Assembly (NCBI GenBank): GCA_018303405.1
Contig: JAGVYD010000009.1
Location: 64,856 to 128,855 of the forward strand
Origin: Candidatus Woesearchaeota archaeon
GTDB lineage: Archaea; Nanobdellota; Nanobdellia; Woesearchaeales; JABMPP01
Length of the DNA stretch: 64,000 bases
Direction of reading: 5' to 3'
Part shown: positions 38,724-48,236 of the stretch, one piece after another
Layout of the letters: every line of letters starts with the position of its first letter
Position numbering within the stretch: the first letter of the stretch is position 1
Notes under the pieces: model-generated
Told to the model about the DNA's origin: nothing
What the model saw: only the letters and a program-made list of their open reading frames with translations
Databases searched by the model: none
Made by a program: the position numbers and the translations under genes

Positions 38724-39563
38724 ATGCCCATGGAACAGGCAATGATATTCCCTGGATTGAAAAAAAGGTCAGTAAAGGAAATAGTCTTCAATATACTCTG
38801 CACAGATTACCCGCTCAACCTGACTAAGCTGCATGACATAATATCAAAAAAATACAACCTCAAAGTCAGCTATCAGGGGATTAGGTTCGCGATAAATGAG
38901 CTGAAAGATGAAGAGATCATTGAAAAGGTCGGAAAGGAGTACATTTTAAGCAAGGAATGGATTGACAGGCTAGTCAAGTTCTCTGAAAACCTCAAGGAGA
39001 ATTATTCCCAGATGGGAAGGTTCAAGAGATTTGACCTGCAGACAACCCAGCTTACTGTCAACAGCCTCATGGAATTGGGGGATTTTCTTTTATATGCCCT
39101 TGAAAATGACTTTTTTGACACACAGAAAAAAAGGGAGCTCTACATGCAGTTCGTTCATCTTTGGATCCCTTTTGCCCAGAAGAACAAAAGGGACAGGCTC
39201 AAGAGGATTTTCGACCAGAACAAAGGCAAGATATACTGCCTTTGCCAGGAAAAAACATTCGGCGACATCATACTTGGGAATTACTACAGGTTCCTCGGGA
39301 ACATAAAAGTTGGCGTAAACCTGAACCTTCCGGCAGACACATGGGTGCACGGGGACTGCGTAATCCAGATTTTCATGCCTGAAAAGCTGAGGAGCCGCAT
39401 GAAGAATGCCTACAGCCTCTCAAAGGAATTCCTGTCATTCAACAAGATTGACATCCTGACTGAAATGACCTTTGAGAAGCATCCGATAGAGATTGTGATA
39501 ACGAGAAATCCATCTGTAGCTAAGAAGATTAAGGAGAAAGTTTTGAAATATTTCGGCAAATGA
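38724..39563 (+). CDS. Winged-helix protein, putative transcription regulator
   Basis: IVFNILC..PLNLTKLHDII..VSYQGIRFAINEL wHTH plus a C-terminal domain. Confidence 0.72.
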   Translation: MPMEQAMIFPGLKKRSVKEIVFNILCTDYPLNLTKLHDIISKKYNLKVSYQGIRFAINELKDEEIIEKVGKEYILSKEWIDRLVKFSENLKENYSQMGRFKRFDLQTTQLTVNSLMELGDFLLYALENDFFDTQKKRELYMQFVHLWIPFAQKNKRDRLKRIFDQNKGKIYCLCQEKTFGDIILGNYYRFLGNIKVGVNLNLPADTWVHGDCVIQIFMPEKLRSRMKNAYSLSKEFLSFNKIDILTEMTFEKHPIEIVITRNPSVAKKIKEKVLKYFGK

Positions 39564-39629
39564 TTTGACATTGCAGCTTTAAAATTCTTGTAGCATTCGC
39601 ATATTATAAAGCCCCTTCTTTATTTTTCC

Positions 39630-40367
39630 ATGGGAATTGAAGAGAAAGTCGCAGACACAACAAATCATGAAGGGATTGCTGCAAAAGCCAATACAAGCCT
39701 GTGGCAGGCATGGAAAAATCTCAGCTGGAAAGGAAAGCTTGTCGCGGGAATGGCTGTCAGCCTGTCCGCCCTATTTACAGGTGGGCTGTCAGCTCTCGCT
39801 GGCTCATCATTTATCTATGGCGCAATGACCACGCCTGTTACAATGTCTGCGAATATGATTGTTTACAAGATGGTGCAAAAAAAGAACAAGCGGCCAGTCA
39901 CATCCAAAGGGCTCCTTGCCGAAACATTGTTTGGCTCCTTGATGGCCCCGTATGGAATTGCTGGCTATGCAGGGTTTAATTTATTGCCCAACTGGATAAC
40001 AAAGATGGCAGTTGGGTTTGGGGCATTGATTCCCTTTTCATATGCAATGTATTTTCCAATACGATATTTGCTGCACAATTACACTTTCAGAGGATTTATG
40101 GACGACCCGAAACAGGCATTCAGCGAGGCTCTTGATTCGCTTAAGCAGAATTTCTGGAAGGCATACCTGAAATCCCTGGTGTATTTGCCAATCCCGCTGG
40201 GCGCTTTTTGGCATTACACTTCCCAGTGGCCTGTCCCTGCACAAGCGCAAACACAAACATTGGCAGGAGTTGGAGGGAGGATATTCTTGAAATACAATGT
40301 TGACAAGGATATCAAAGTGTCAAAAAGTTATGTCCTGCCGCGACCAGCTTATAGGATGGCTGCATAA
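39630..40367 (+). CDS. Hypothetical membrane protein
   Basis: 245-aa ORF with several hydrophobic segments; TTATAAA about 25 nt upstream. Confidence 0.72.
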   Translation: MGIEEKVADTTNHEGIAAKANTSLWQAWKNLSWKGKLVAGMAVSLSALFTGGLSALAGSSFIYGAMTTPVTMSANMIVYKMVQKKNKRPVTSKGLLAETLFGSLMAPYGIAGYAGFNLLPNWITKMAVGFGALIPFSYAMYFPIRYLLHNYTFRGFMDDPKQAFSEALDSLKQNFWKAYLKSLVYLPIPLGAFWHYTSQWPVPAQAQTQTLAGVGGRIFLKYNVDKDIKVSKSYVLPRPAYRMAA

Positions 40368-40403
40368 GTGAATTAATTATTTTTAATAATATTTTATAGA
40401 ATT

Positions 40404-41705
40404 TTATGGGCTCTTTCTCAGCATTGTCCTTGGGAAGGGAATTGCATCCTTTATGTTGTCAAGATGGCAGAGCCATGAAACAACCCTTTCCACGCCAAGG
40501 CCGTAGCCTGCATGCGGAACACTGCCATATTTCCTCAAGTCAAAGTAGAAATTATAATTTTTCGGGTCCTCGCCGTCTCTCTCCAGCTTTTTTGCCATTT
40601 CTTCAACGTCGAGGTCCCTTTGGCTTCCGCCGACAATCTCGCCATATCCTTCAGGCGCAAGAACATCAACGCATAATGCTGTTTCAGAATCATTCGGGTC
40701 AGACGGCTTGTAGAATGCCATGATGTCTTTTGGGTAATTTGTGACAAGCACCGGCTTGTCAAAATGCCTGACAATCAGGTCCTCCTCTATTGTTCTCAGG
40801 TCCTTTCCAAATTCAACATCCATATTTTCCTTTTCCTTGAGAAGCTTCAAAGCATCCCTGTAGGTGATTCTCGGGAACGGCGGGACTATTTTCTTCAGCT
40901 TTCCGATATCCTGCCCAAGCAATTTCAAATCCTCTGCATTTTTTTCAGTGACTTCCTTGACAATAAATGCTATGCACGCCTCTATTGAGTCAAGCAATTG
41001 CGGCAGGCCAATCCATGCCTGCTCCATTTCGGCCATCCAAAACTCGCTTAAGTGCCTTGAGGTCTTGCTCTTTTCTGCCCTGAAGCATGGCGAAATGCAG
41101 AATAATTTTTCATAGCCGAAAATTGCGGCCTCGCCGTAAAGCTGCCATGTCTGTGCGAGATAGGTTTTTTCCTTGTAATACTTCACTTCGAACAGGGTTG
41201 AGCCTCCTTCTGACTGGTTGGGCTGCAGGATTGGTGGCGAAAATTCCAGGAATCCGTTATGCAGGTAGAAATTCCTGAATGCCTGGAGCACAGTGTTCCT
41301 GACTTTCATTACTGCCAGCATCTTCCTGCTCCTTATCCAGAGATGCCTGTTGTCCAAAAGAAATTCTGGGGATTGGTCTTTTTGAATGGGAAAAGGCTCT
41401 GCTATTTGCTCCACATGGAATTTTTCAACCAAGACTTCAAAACCGCTTGGTGCGCGCTTGTCCTCTTTTATTTCACCGGTGACTCCGAGCGAGGACTCAA
41501 TCAGGAGGGAATCAATCTGCTTCCATTCTTCATCTGAGAATTTTTCACGGTCAAAGACACATTGGATAATGTTTGTGCCATCGCGCAGAACTATAAATGC
41601 TAGCTTGTTGCTCTTTCTTTCGCGCCAGGCCCAGCCCCTAATTGAAACATGGCCATGGCCCTTATGCATGGCTTCCTGGATTGTGAGATAATGTATTTTT
41701 TGCAT
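40404..41705 (-). CDS. asnS: Asparagine--tRNA ligase
   Basis: LDNRHLWIR, EGGSTLF, FRAEKSKTSRHLSEFWMAEME, GEIVGGSQR, DLRKYGSVPHAGYGLGVER. Confidence 0.95.
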   Translation of the reverse strand: MQKIHYLTIQEAMHKGHGHVSIRGWAWRERKSNKLAFIVLRDGTNIIQCVFDREKFSDEEWKQIDSLLIESSLGVTGEIKEDKRAPSGFEVLVEKFHVEQIAEPFPIQKDQSPEFLLDNRHLWIRSRKMLAVMKVRNTVLQAFRNFYLHNGFLEFSPPILQPNQSEGGSTLFEVKYYKEKTYLAQTWQLYGEAAIFGYEKLFCISPCFRAEKSKTSRHLSEFWMAEMEQAWIGLPQLLDSIEACIAFIVKEVTEKNAEDLKLLGQDIGKLKKIVPPFPRITYRDALKLLKEKENMDVEFGKDLRTIEEDLIVRHFDKPVLVTNYPKDIMAFYKPSDPNDSETALCVDVLAPEGYGEIVGGSQRDLDVEEMAKKLERDGEDPKNYNFYFDLRKYGSVPHAGYGLGVERVVSWLCHLDNIKDAIPFPRTMLRKSP

Positions 41706-41765
41706 TGTTTTATGCAGTAAAATATAGACTATAAAAAGTTTGCCTAATCTTTGCGCATGTCTGTA

Positions 41766-42311
41766 TTAAAAGCGCGCCTGCAGCAGGGCTTCATGCCCAT
41801 TGCTTCTTGGGAGTTTGACATATTTTTCACCAGCATGCTCTGCCACCAATTGAGTCAGGTAACCGTAAGGCACTATCACACCAAGCCTTCTGGTAACTGG
41901 CATTTCCACTAACAGATTCTCATCAGCAGATTCCATCATGACGTGCGTAAGGTCAGCAAGATTTTTTGGAAGGGGGTTGAGGTAGATATCATAATCTGGG
42001 TAAAAAAAAGAGGCATGAACATCTGGAAACAAAACTTGCCTAACGCCTAAATACCTTGCAAGCTTGCCTTTGTCAACCCTATCCTCCCCACTTTTCTTTG
42101 GCATTGAATGCAGGAAATAATGCCCATGCCCGCCACTTTTGTAAAATAACAACAAAGTCTGAAGGACAGCAATGCCATCTGGTATCTTTCCCTTTAATTT
42201 TCTCAGAGCTTCGAATTTTTCAGCAACAGTGTCTATTTCATGGCCATACCTAAGCAAATCAACCTTTCCGATGTCATGTTCTATTCTTTCTACAAGCGAG
42301 TCTTTTTGCAT
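41766..42311 (-). CDS. Hypothetical protein
   Basis: ORF divergent from the Lrp regulator; start refined to MQKDSL. Confidence 0.6.
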   Translation of the reverse strand: MQKDSLVERIEHDIGKVDLLRYGHEIDTVAEKFEALRKLKGKIPDGIAVLQTLLLFYKSGGHGHYFLHSMPKKSGEDRVDKGKLARYLGVRQVLFPDVHASFFYPDYDIYLNPLPKNLADLTHVMMESADENLLVEMPVTRRLGVIVPYGYLTQLVAEHAGEKYVKLPRSNGHEALLQARF

Positions 42312-42417
42312 CCTATGGGGGAATCTAAAACACCTATTTAAATTTATTTCATAATTGTTGGAATTTATTACTAAAATAACCATAAATTATATAAATAATG
42401 GAAAATTTTTCCATATT

Positions 42418-42867
42418 ATGAGAAAACTTGATGTCAAGGATTTGGAAATACTAGGCTTAATCCAGGAAAACAGCAAGCTGACAAGCCAGCAAATATCAAA
42501 GCGTACAAGAATACCAATAACCACAGTCCATAACAGGATAAAAAAGCTGGAAGAGGAAAAAATAATAAAGCAATATTCTGTGCAGATCGACAAAAGAAAA
42601 ATAGGAAAGATGATATCTGCATACATATTGGTAAGCGTAAACTACCCGCAGCAGCACATCAAAAGATTCTCACAGGAGGAAATTGCAAGGAAAATACGAC
42701 AAATTGATGGCGTTTCGGAAGTGGCAATTGTGGCCGGCGAAACTGACATAATACTCAAAATAGACCTGGATGATATCAACAGCTTGAATGATTTTGTTGT
42801 CAACAAACTGAGGAATATTGACGGCATTGACAAGACAAGGACAATGGTTATACTGCATGAGTTTTAG
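42418..42867 (+). CDS. Lrp/AsnC family transcription regulator
   Basis: LDVKDLEIL..ENSK..TTVHNRIKKLEE HTH and RAM domain. Confidence 0.93.
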   Translation: MRKLDVKDLEILGLIQENSKLTSQQISKRTRIPITTVHNRIKKLEEEKIIKQYSVQIDKRKIGKMISAYILVSVNYPQQHIKRFSQEEIARKIRQIDGVSEVAIVAGETDIILKIDLDDINSLNDFVVNKLRNIDGIDKTRTMVILHEF

Positions 42868-42873
42868 GAAGAG

Positions 42874-43260
42874 GTGAATTACACGAAAATTCCACCGATG
42901 GTGATTTTGGGAGTTGGCGCATTTGTCATATTGATGAGCTTTATTTCTTTTGAGCGAGGGACAAGGGTAATGTTCCTGATTGTTGGCATTGGCTTTTTGG
43001 TTTACGGCATAGTAAGGCTGTTTGACGACAAAGAGGGGGCCAGGGCAAAGCCTGCAACTCATGGAAATGCTTCAGCTGCCGCAATGATGCAACAACAGGC
43101 TGTGCATCATGCAGGAGCAAACCCGACATTCAAGCAGGTGTTACAAGGCAGGCAGCCTCAGGCACATCATCAGCATGCGTATGCAACATGCCAGAGATGC
43201 AATGCAAAAATCCACGCGCAACAAAATTTCTGCCATAACTGCGGCACGAGATTAAGGTAA
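42874..43260 (+). CDS. Two-TM membrane protein with a C-terminal zinc ribbon
   Basis: Two TM helices, Q/H/A linker, CQRC...FCHNCG. Confidence 0.78.
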   Translation: MNYTKIPPMVILGVGAFVILMSFISFERGTRVMFLIVGIGFLVYGIVRLFDDKEGARAKPATHGNASAAAMMQQQAVHHAGANPTFKQVLQGRQPQAHHQHAYATCQRCNAKIHAQQNFCHNCGTRLR

Positions 43261-43271
43261 ATTTTACTTTA

Positions 43272-43745
43272 TCATGACATAGTCATTGAAAATTCTTCAA
43301 TAATTGGCTTTACAGCCTTGACATAATCCTCTGATTTCATAACTATTGATGCAGTCTGCACACCTGCGTTAAAAGCAATCTCATCATTTTTCAGCATGCT
43401 TTTGTCGAGATAAACCGGAATTGAGAAAAGATTGCCAAAAGGCGGAACTCCACCAACAACGCATCCAGTTGCCTTAAGAACTTCATCAGGAGTTGCCATT
43501 GAAAGGCTTTTCTCGCCTATGACTGCTCTCATTTTGGCAAGGTCGATTTTGCGATTCCCTGGGAGAACACATATTAGGAATTTTCCTCTGCTTCTCAGGA
43601 CAATGGCTTTTGCGCCCTGGCTTTCACTGGTGCCCCTGACCTTTGCAGCTATTTGTGAGGTTGGAGTTGGCTCATGCTCCAAAAGCTTGTAATTAAAATT
43701 CATTGACTCAAGAAGTTCCTTTATTTGCTTGGTGACATTATTCAT
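43272..43745 (-). CDS. YbaK/ProX aminoacyl-tRNA deacylase domain protein
   Basis: HEPTPTS, GAKAIVL, TGCVVGGVPPFG, FNAG. Confidence 0.9.
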   Translation of the reverse strand: MNNVTKQIKELLESMNFNYKLLEHEPTPTSQIAAKVRGTSESQGAKAIVLRSRGKFLICVLPGNRKIDLAKMRAVIGEKSLSMATPDEVLKATGCVVGGVPPFGNLFSIPVYLDKSMLKNDEIAFNAGVQTASIVMKSEDYVKAVKPIIEEFSMTMS

Positions 43746-43751
43746 GTTAGC

Positions 43752-45071
43752 CTAAGGTGTAAGCCTATCAGGGTCGCGTGGCAAAAGTATGGCTTCCCTT
43801 ATGTTTCCCAAATTGAGCATTTGCTCCACTATCCTGTCAACTCCAAGCCCGACTCCGCCATGCGGGATTGCCCCGAACCTGAAAATATCCCTGTAAAATT
43901 GCAGTTTTGCCATGTCAATGCCTTTTTCAGCTGCCTGCTTTTCGAGGATGTCCAGGCGATGCTCCCTTTGCGCGCCTGTTCCAATTTCAACACCGCGATA
44001 GATTAAGTCAAATGAGCGCGTCCCTTTTTGATTTCCATCTGGCCTCATATGATAGAATGGCCTTTTGGCCCAGGGATAGTTCAATGCAAAGACAAATTCG
44101 GAGCCGAATTTTTCCCTCACAATTTCACCCAGCAGTTTTTCAGCCTCAGCATCAAGGTCGTCATCTTCAGGAACCGCCTTGCCTCTCTCCTTCAGCAGTT
44201 TCCTGATTTCTGAAATATCCAGCCTTGGAATTTCATTAGGCACCTGGACCTGCGCACCGAGAATCTGGAGCTCATTGTGGCAATCATGGGAAACTGCCTT
44301 TGTGGCATGCTTAAGGTAGCGCTCTATGACGTCCATCACGTCATGCTCATCCTTGATGAATCCCATCTCAAAATCAATCCCCACAAACTCGGTAAGGTGC
44401 CTTGTCGTGTGGGATTTTTCCGCCCGGAAAATCGTGCCGATTTCAAAAACCTTTTCCAGGCCTGAAATTACGAACATCTGCTTGTAGATTTGCGGCGACT
44501 GCGCCAATGATGCCTTCCTGCCGAAATAGTCAATCTTGAATTCCTCTGCGCCTGATTCAACTCCGCTCTGTGTCAGCTTTGGCGTGTTTATGTTGATAAA
44601 GCCTTCCTTTATGAAAAATTCAGTTGTTGCGCCAAGGAGCCTGCTCCTGATTTTGAAAATTGCCTCAATCCTTTTCCTCCTCAGGTCAAGAAACCTGTAA
44701 TCAAGCCTTTTGTCAATGACTGTTGTGGTATCCTCGGCAACTTCAATTGGAAGCGGTGTTTCAGCTCTGCTGATTAGCTGGATTTTTTCAGCTACAACCT
44801 CAATTTCGCCCGTTGGCATTTCTTTCTTGACCTGATTTTCAGGCCTTTTATTCACAGTTCCTTCGACCAAGAGCACAGACTCTTTGCTTATTGTCCCGAA
44901 CTCTTTGGCCAATGATGGATTCAGGAAGAATTGCGTTATCCCGTGCCTGTCCCTCAAAAGCAGAAATCCAATTTTGCCCTGCACCCTCACTGTGTCTACC
45001 CAGCCGCAAAGAGTCACCTTTTCGCCAGCGTCATTTGCTTTCAATTCCCCGCAGGTGTGCGTGCGCATCAT
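43752..45071 (-). CDS. aspS: Aspartate--tRNA ligase
   Basis: RLDYRFLDLR, LAQSPQIYKQ, FRAEKSHTTRHLTEF, GAQREH, PRDPDRLTP. Confidence 0.95.
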   Translation of the reverse strand: MMRTHTCGELKANDAGEKVTLCGWVDTVRVQGKIGFLLLRDRHGITQFFLNPSLAKEFGTISKESVLLVEGTVNKRPENQVKKEMPTGEIEVVAEKIQLISRAETPLPIEVAEDTTTVIDKRLDYRFLDLRRKRIEAIFKIRSRLLGATTEFFIKEGFININTPKLTQSGVESGAEEFKIDYFGRKASLAQSPQIYKQMFVISGLEKVFEIGTIFRAEKSHTTRHLTEFVGIDFEMGFIKDEHDVMDVIERYLKHATKAVSHDCHNELQILGAQVQVPNEIPRLDISEIRKLLKERGKAVPEDDDLDAEAEKLLGEIVREKFGSEFVFALNYPWAKRPFYHMRPDGNQKGTRSFDLIYRGVEIGTGAQREHRLDILEKQAAEKGIDMAKLQFYRDIFRFGAIPHGGVGLGVDRIVEQMLNLGNIREAILLPRDPDRLTP

Positions 45072-45119
45072 GGAAGAAAGAGAAACTGAAGATTATTTAA
45101 AGATGATTGTTTATTTAAG

Positions 45120-45746
45120 CTATTTCTCAGGAATCTGAACTGCTATTTTGCCCGAAAGAAGGTCCCTTACCATCTCTGCATCCTTGATTGTCCCGACAAT
45201 GCTGCCCCAATGCATTGGGACAACCAGCTTGGGCCTGATTGATTCGGCAGCCCTTGCACATTCGCTTGCCGTCATTACATAGGTTCCGGAGCAAGGAAGC
45301 ATTGCGACATCAATATTAAATCTGGGCATGCTGCCCATTTCCGGAATCAGATCAGTGTCGCCTGCATGGTAAATCCTTTTCCCCTCTGTTTCAATGATGT
45401 AGCCTACCCAGTCATTTGCCTGTGGATGGAAATGCTTGTTGACATTATATGAAGGGACTGTGTGGATTTTCACGCCTCCGATATCATAGGTGTTGTTAGG
45501 CTCAACAAGCACAACCTTGCCGGGAAAGTCCCTGAGGCTGCTTTGCGAATCAGGCGTGACTGCAATTGTTGTTGATGGTGTGGCAATCTTCTTGATATCT
45601 TCCTTGCTCAGGTGGTCATAATGGCTGTGGCTAATAAGGATGATGTCAGCCGTGTCAGAAGTCTGAATTTGGAATGGGTCAAGGAATATCCTTTTTTCGC
45701 CAATGATTTCAAACCCGGCATGGCCCAGCCACTTAATCTGCCCCAT
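45120..45746 (-). CDS. MBL-fold metallo-hydrolase
   Basis: WLGHAG, SHSHYDH, YHAGDT, PMHWG. Confidence 0.92.
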   Translation of the reverse strand: MGQIKWLGHAGFEIIGEKRIFLDPFQIQTSDTADIILISHSHYDHLSKEDIKKIATPSTTIAVTPDSQSSLRDFPGKVVLVEPNNTYDIGGVKIHTVPSYNVNKHFHPQANDWVGYIIETEGKRIYHAGDTDLIPEMGSMPRFNIDVAMLPCSGTYVMTASECARAAESIRPKLVVPMHWGSIVGTIKDAEMVRDLLSGKIAVQIPEK

Positions 45747-45788
45747 ATTTCCTTAGAATGAAAAATGTTATTTAAATGTTGGTACAGC

Positions 45789-47510
45789 CTATTCCTTAAA
45801 CACCACAATGATTCCGTTGGGTATGCTGGATTCCCTGTTGCCAATGTCATCGCCTGTAAATATTTTTGCAGGAGCCTTCTTTTTCCAGTCATATGGCAGG
45901 ATGTAGTATGTGGAAGGGTCATTCCATTTGGAGCCCGCTATGCCCCCGGCTGATTTGCCGCCGCTCAAAATCCTCCCCCCATAAATGTAGCCCACAAGCA
46001 TCCTGGTTCCGGCTGCGAGAGTGCTGAAATTTATTTTTGCATCCCGCAAATCCCTGCCTTGTTTTTTGATGTCCAATCCAGTCCTTATCCAGCCATTCTC
46101 AAGCAAATAGATTGTTCTGTCAGTCTCTGCCAGTGAGCCGGCGATTTCAAATGGTGTTTTTCCATGCACGCCAAGAACCTTGAAACCTTCAAATGATTCT
46201 TCGGAAGCAGCTATTTCTTCACCAGAAATAGGCTGATTTAGCTTAACCATTGTTCCAGAAGGTATGTTGCTCCAGTCTGCTATCTCATGCCCCCTGGCTT
46301 GCCTGCCATCAGAAAAAATATAAAGAGTAGATGGGTCATCAAACATTGCCCGGGCAATGTCCCAAGCTTTGTTGCTGCTGCTGATAATATTAGAGCCAGG
46401 GGCAGTATAAACACCAACAGCCCTATCAAAATCCTGCCCTGTTCCATAGAGAGCCTGCGCCAAGACTGGATCGCCAATTACCAGCCTATTCGGGACATCC
46501 GGGTCCTTTTTTGGCCTGTCATCAAGGCCAAGCAATTTCCTAAGCCGGTGATCTGCAAATAATAATCCACATTTCTTTCTCCCCCTGTGCGGTTTGGGGT
46601 GCCACCTGTTTGGAGAGCCATATGCAACCATGGAATGTGTCAGCACGTTGTAATCGTTTATCTTGTATCTTATTTGGAGCTGGTAAAGAAGCAATCTTAA
46701 TGAATTGATTTGCTGTAAGTTTATAGGCCGGTCATAGTAGCCAACTACCTCAATTCCAATTGAATGATAGTTCAAATTTGTAAGGCCCCCCCACATGCTC
46801 CTTCCAGCGTGGTTGGAAACCTTGCCTGAATGGATTATCCGGCATACTTTCCCGTCCGTATCTACCATATAGTTTGCAGCGCCATGCTTTTTTAGGCTTT
46901 CAAGGCTTCCCCTTCCTCCACCTTCGGTGGTGTGGAGGATTATGTACTTTGTATCAGGCCTGTATGGCCTTTTGTTATTCCATCGGCTATATGAATCTAC
47001 CACGCTAAGTTCCCCAGAGGCCTTCATTGATGTTGAGCCTGTCTTGGCTGCTGCTTTTTTGGCAAATGCTTTCAAAGAGTTTGGTATCAGGCTGGACAAT
47101 GCAAATCCTGCTGCGGCCCGCCCTGCTGTTCTCAGAAATTTTCTCCTCGATAAGCCAAGCTCAAGATCGTCAATGATTTGCATGATATCCGCATCAATTT
47201 TATCGACCCATTTTTGCTTTGGCTCAATGTTGTTCAATTCGCTGAGAAGTTTTTTCAAATCATGCAATTCTTTAGTGTATTCCTGCCTGTTGACAAGATG
47301 GTGTGCTTTCAGTCTTCTGAAAATAAAAGCAATTCTTGATGTTGCTGATTCAATTTTTTTATAGTCCTGTTTCACCTCGTCTTTCCACACATATGCCAAA
47401 TCCCTGTTTATCCATTCTTTTGCATCATCCCATGCAGCCTGCAAGGATTCTTGTGCAGAAGGCTGAGGTACAGGGGGATTTTTCGAAACCATGAGTATCT
47501 GTTTATGCAT
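45789..47510 (-). CDS. N-acetylmuramoyl-L-alanine amidase (Amidase_2/AmpD-like) with an internal Tat motif and three C-terminal repeats
   Basis: IILHTTEG, NHAGRSMW, SIGIEVVG, VLTHSMV, KKCG zinc-amidase motifs; SRRKFL at residues 121-126. Confidence 0.85.
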   Translation of the reverse strand: MHKQILMVSKNPPVPQPSAQESLQAAWDDAKEWINRDLAYVWKDEVKQDYKKIESATSRIAFIFRRLKAHHLVNRQEYTKELHDLKKLLSELNNIEPKQKWVDKIDADIMQIIDDLELGLSRRKFLRTAGRAAAGFALSSLIPNSLKAFAKKAAAKTGSTSMKASGELSVVDSYSRWNNKRPYRPDTKYIILHTTEGGGRGSLESLKKHGAANYMVDTDGKVCRIIHSGKVSNHAGRSMWGGLTNLNYHSIGIEVVGYYDRPINLQQINSLRLLLYQLQIRYKINDYNVLTHSMVAYGSPNRWHPKPHRGRKKCGLLFADHRLRKLLGLDDRPKKDPDVPNRLVIGDPVLAQALYGTGQDFDRAVGVYTAPGSNIISSSNKAWDIARAMFDDPSTLYIFSDGRQARGHEIADWSNIPSGTMVKLNQPISGEEIAASEESFEGFKVLGVHGKTPFEIAGSLAETDRTIYLLENGWIRTGLDIKKQGRDLRDAKINFSTLAAGTRMLVGYIYGGRILSGGKSAGGIAGSKWNDPSTYYILPYDWKKKAPAKIFTGDDIGNRESSIPNGIIVVFKE

Positions 47511-47546
47511 TTCAGTGTTATAAATAAATTGCGGTAAGAAGAAGGA

Positions 47547-48236
47547 TTAAACTTTTTCAAGCTTGAGTATTCGTTCTATTTCTGCCTGGGAGACTGAACA
47601 GCCTTTCAGCTTCACGGCCCATAAAACACTGTCAAGAAGCTGCCTTTCCGCATCCTCCATCTGCGGCAGGTAATTGTCAAGCAGGCCCATCTCAAAGGCC
47701 ACGGTTACAAGCTCAACGCTCCTTATGACCCTGATTTTTCTTGTATGATGGATAAACTCATCGATATTGCGCTGGATTGCCTTGATGGGGGCATGAAGCC
47801 TGTTTTTCAGTATCTCAGCCGCAACCCTGGGATTTTCTATGAGGATGCGGGTCATTCTTTCGTCCACTACAACAGCCTCGGATTCCATAAAAATTGCGCT
47901 TGCCAATGCCTGCATTTCGCCGTATTGGATTATCCTTATTGGATTACCATATGCTTCGAAGCTGTTGTTGGTCAGGGAAAGCAGATGGTTTGTAAGGCTG
48001 TTGATTTCATTGTTGTAGATTAGCTTGAAAGTGCCATTGTGGACAAGGGACTGGACCTGCAATGCCTCAAACTTGAAAACTTTGCTGGCCAAAGGCCTGT
48101 CGATAACTTCGCTTTTCACGCCTGTTGGCAGATAGAATTCACCATTGAACCGCCTTTTAAGTTGTTCAAGTATGGAAAGGAGGTTATTCATGGCCAGGCT
48201 TATGATTGGCCCTGCATCGAAAACAAGGCTTTTCAT
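47547..48236 (-). CDS. PIN-domain protein (DUF3368/COG2405-like)
   Basis: LVFDAGPII, SEVI, YGEMQALA, VVVDER acidic PIN motif. Confidence 0.75.
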   Translation of the reverse strand: MKSLVFDAGPIISLAMNNLLSILEQLKRRFNGEFYLPTGVKSEVIDRPLASKVFKFEALQVQSLVHNGTFKLIYNNEINSLTNHLLSLTNNSFEAYGNPIRIIQYGEMQALASAIFMESEAVVVDERMTRILIENPRVAAEILKNRLHAPIKAIQRNIDEFIHHTRKIRVIRSVELVTVAFEMGLLDNYLPQMEDAERQLLDSVLWAVKLKGCSVSQAEIERILKLEKV

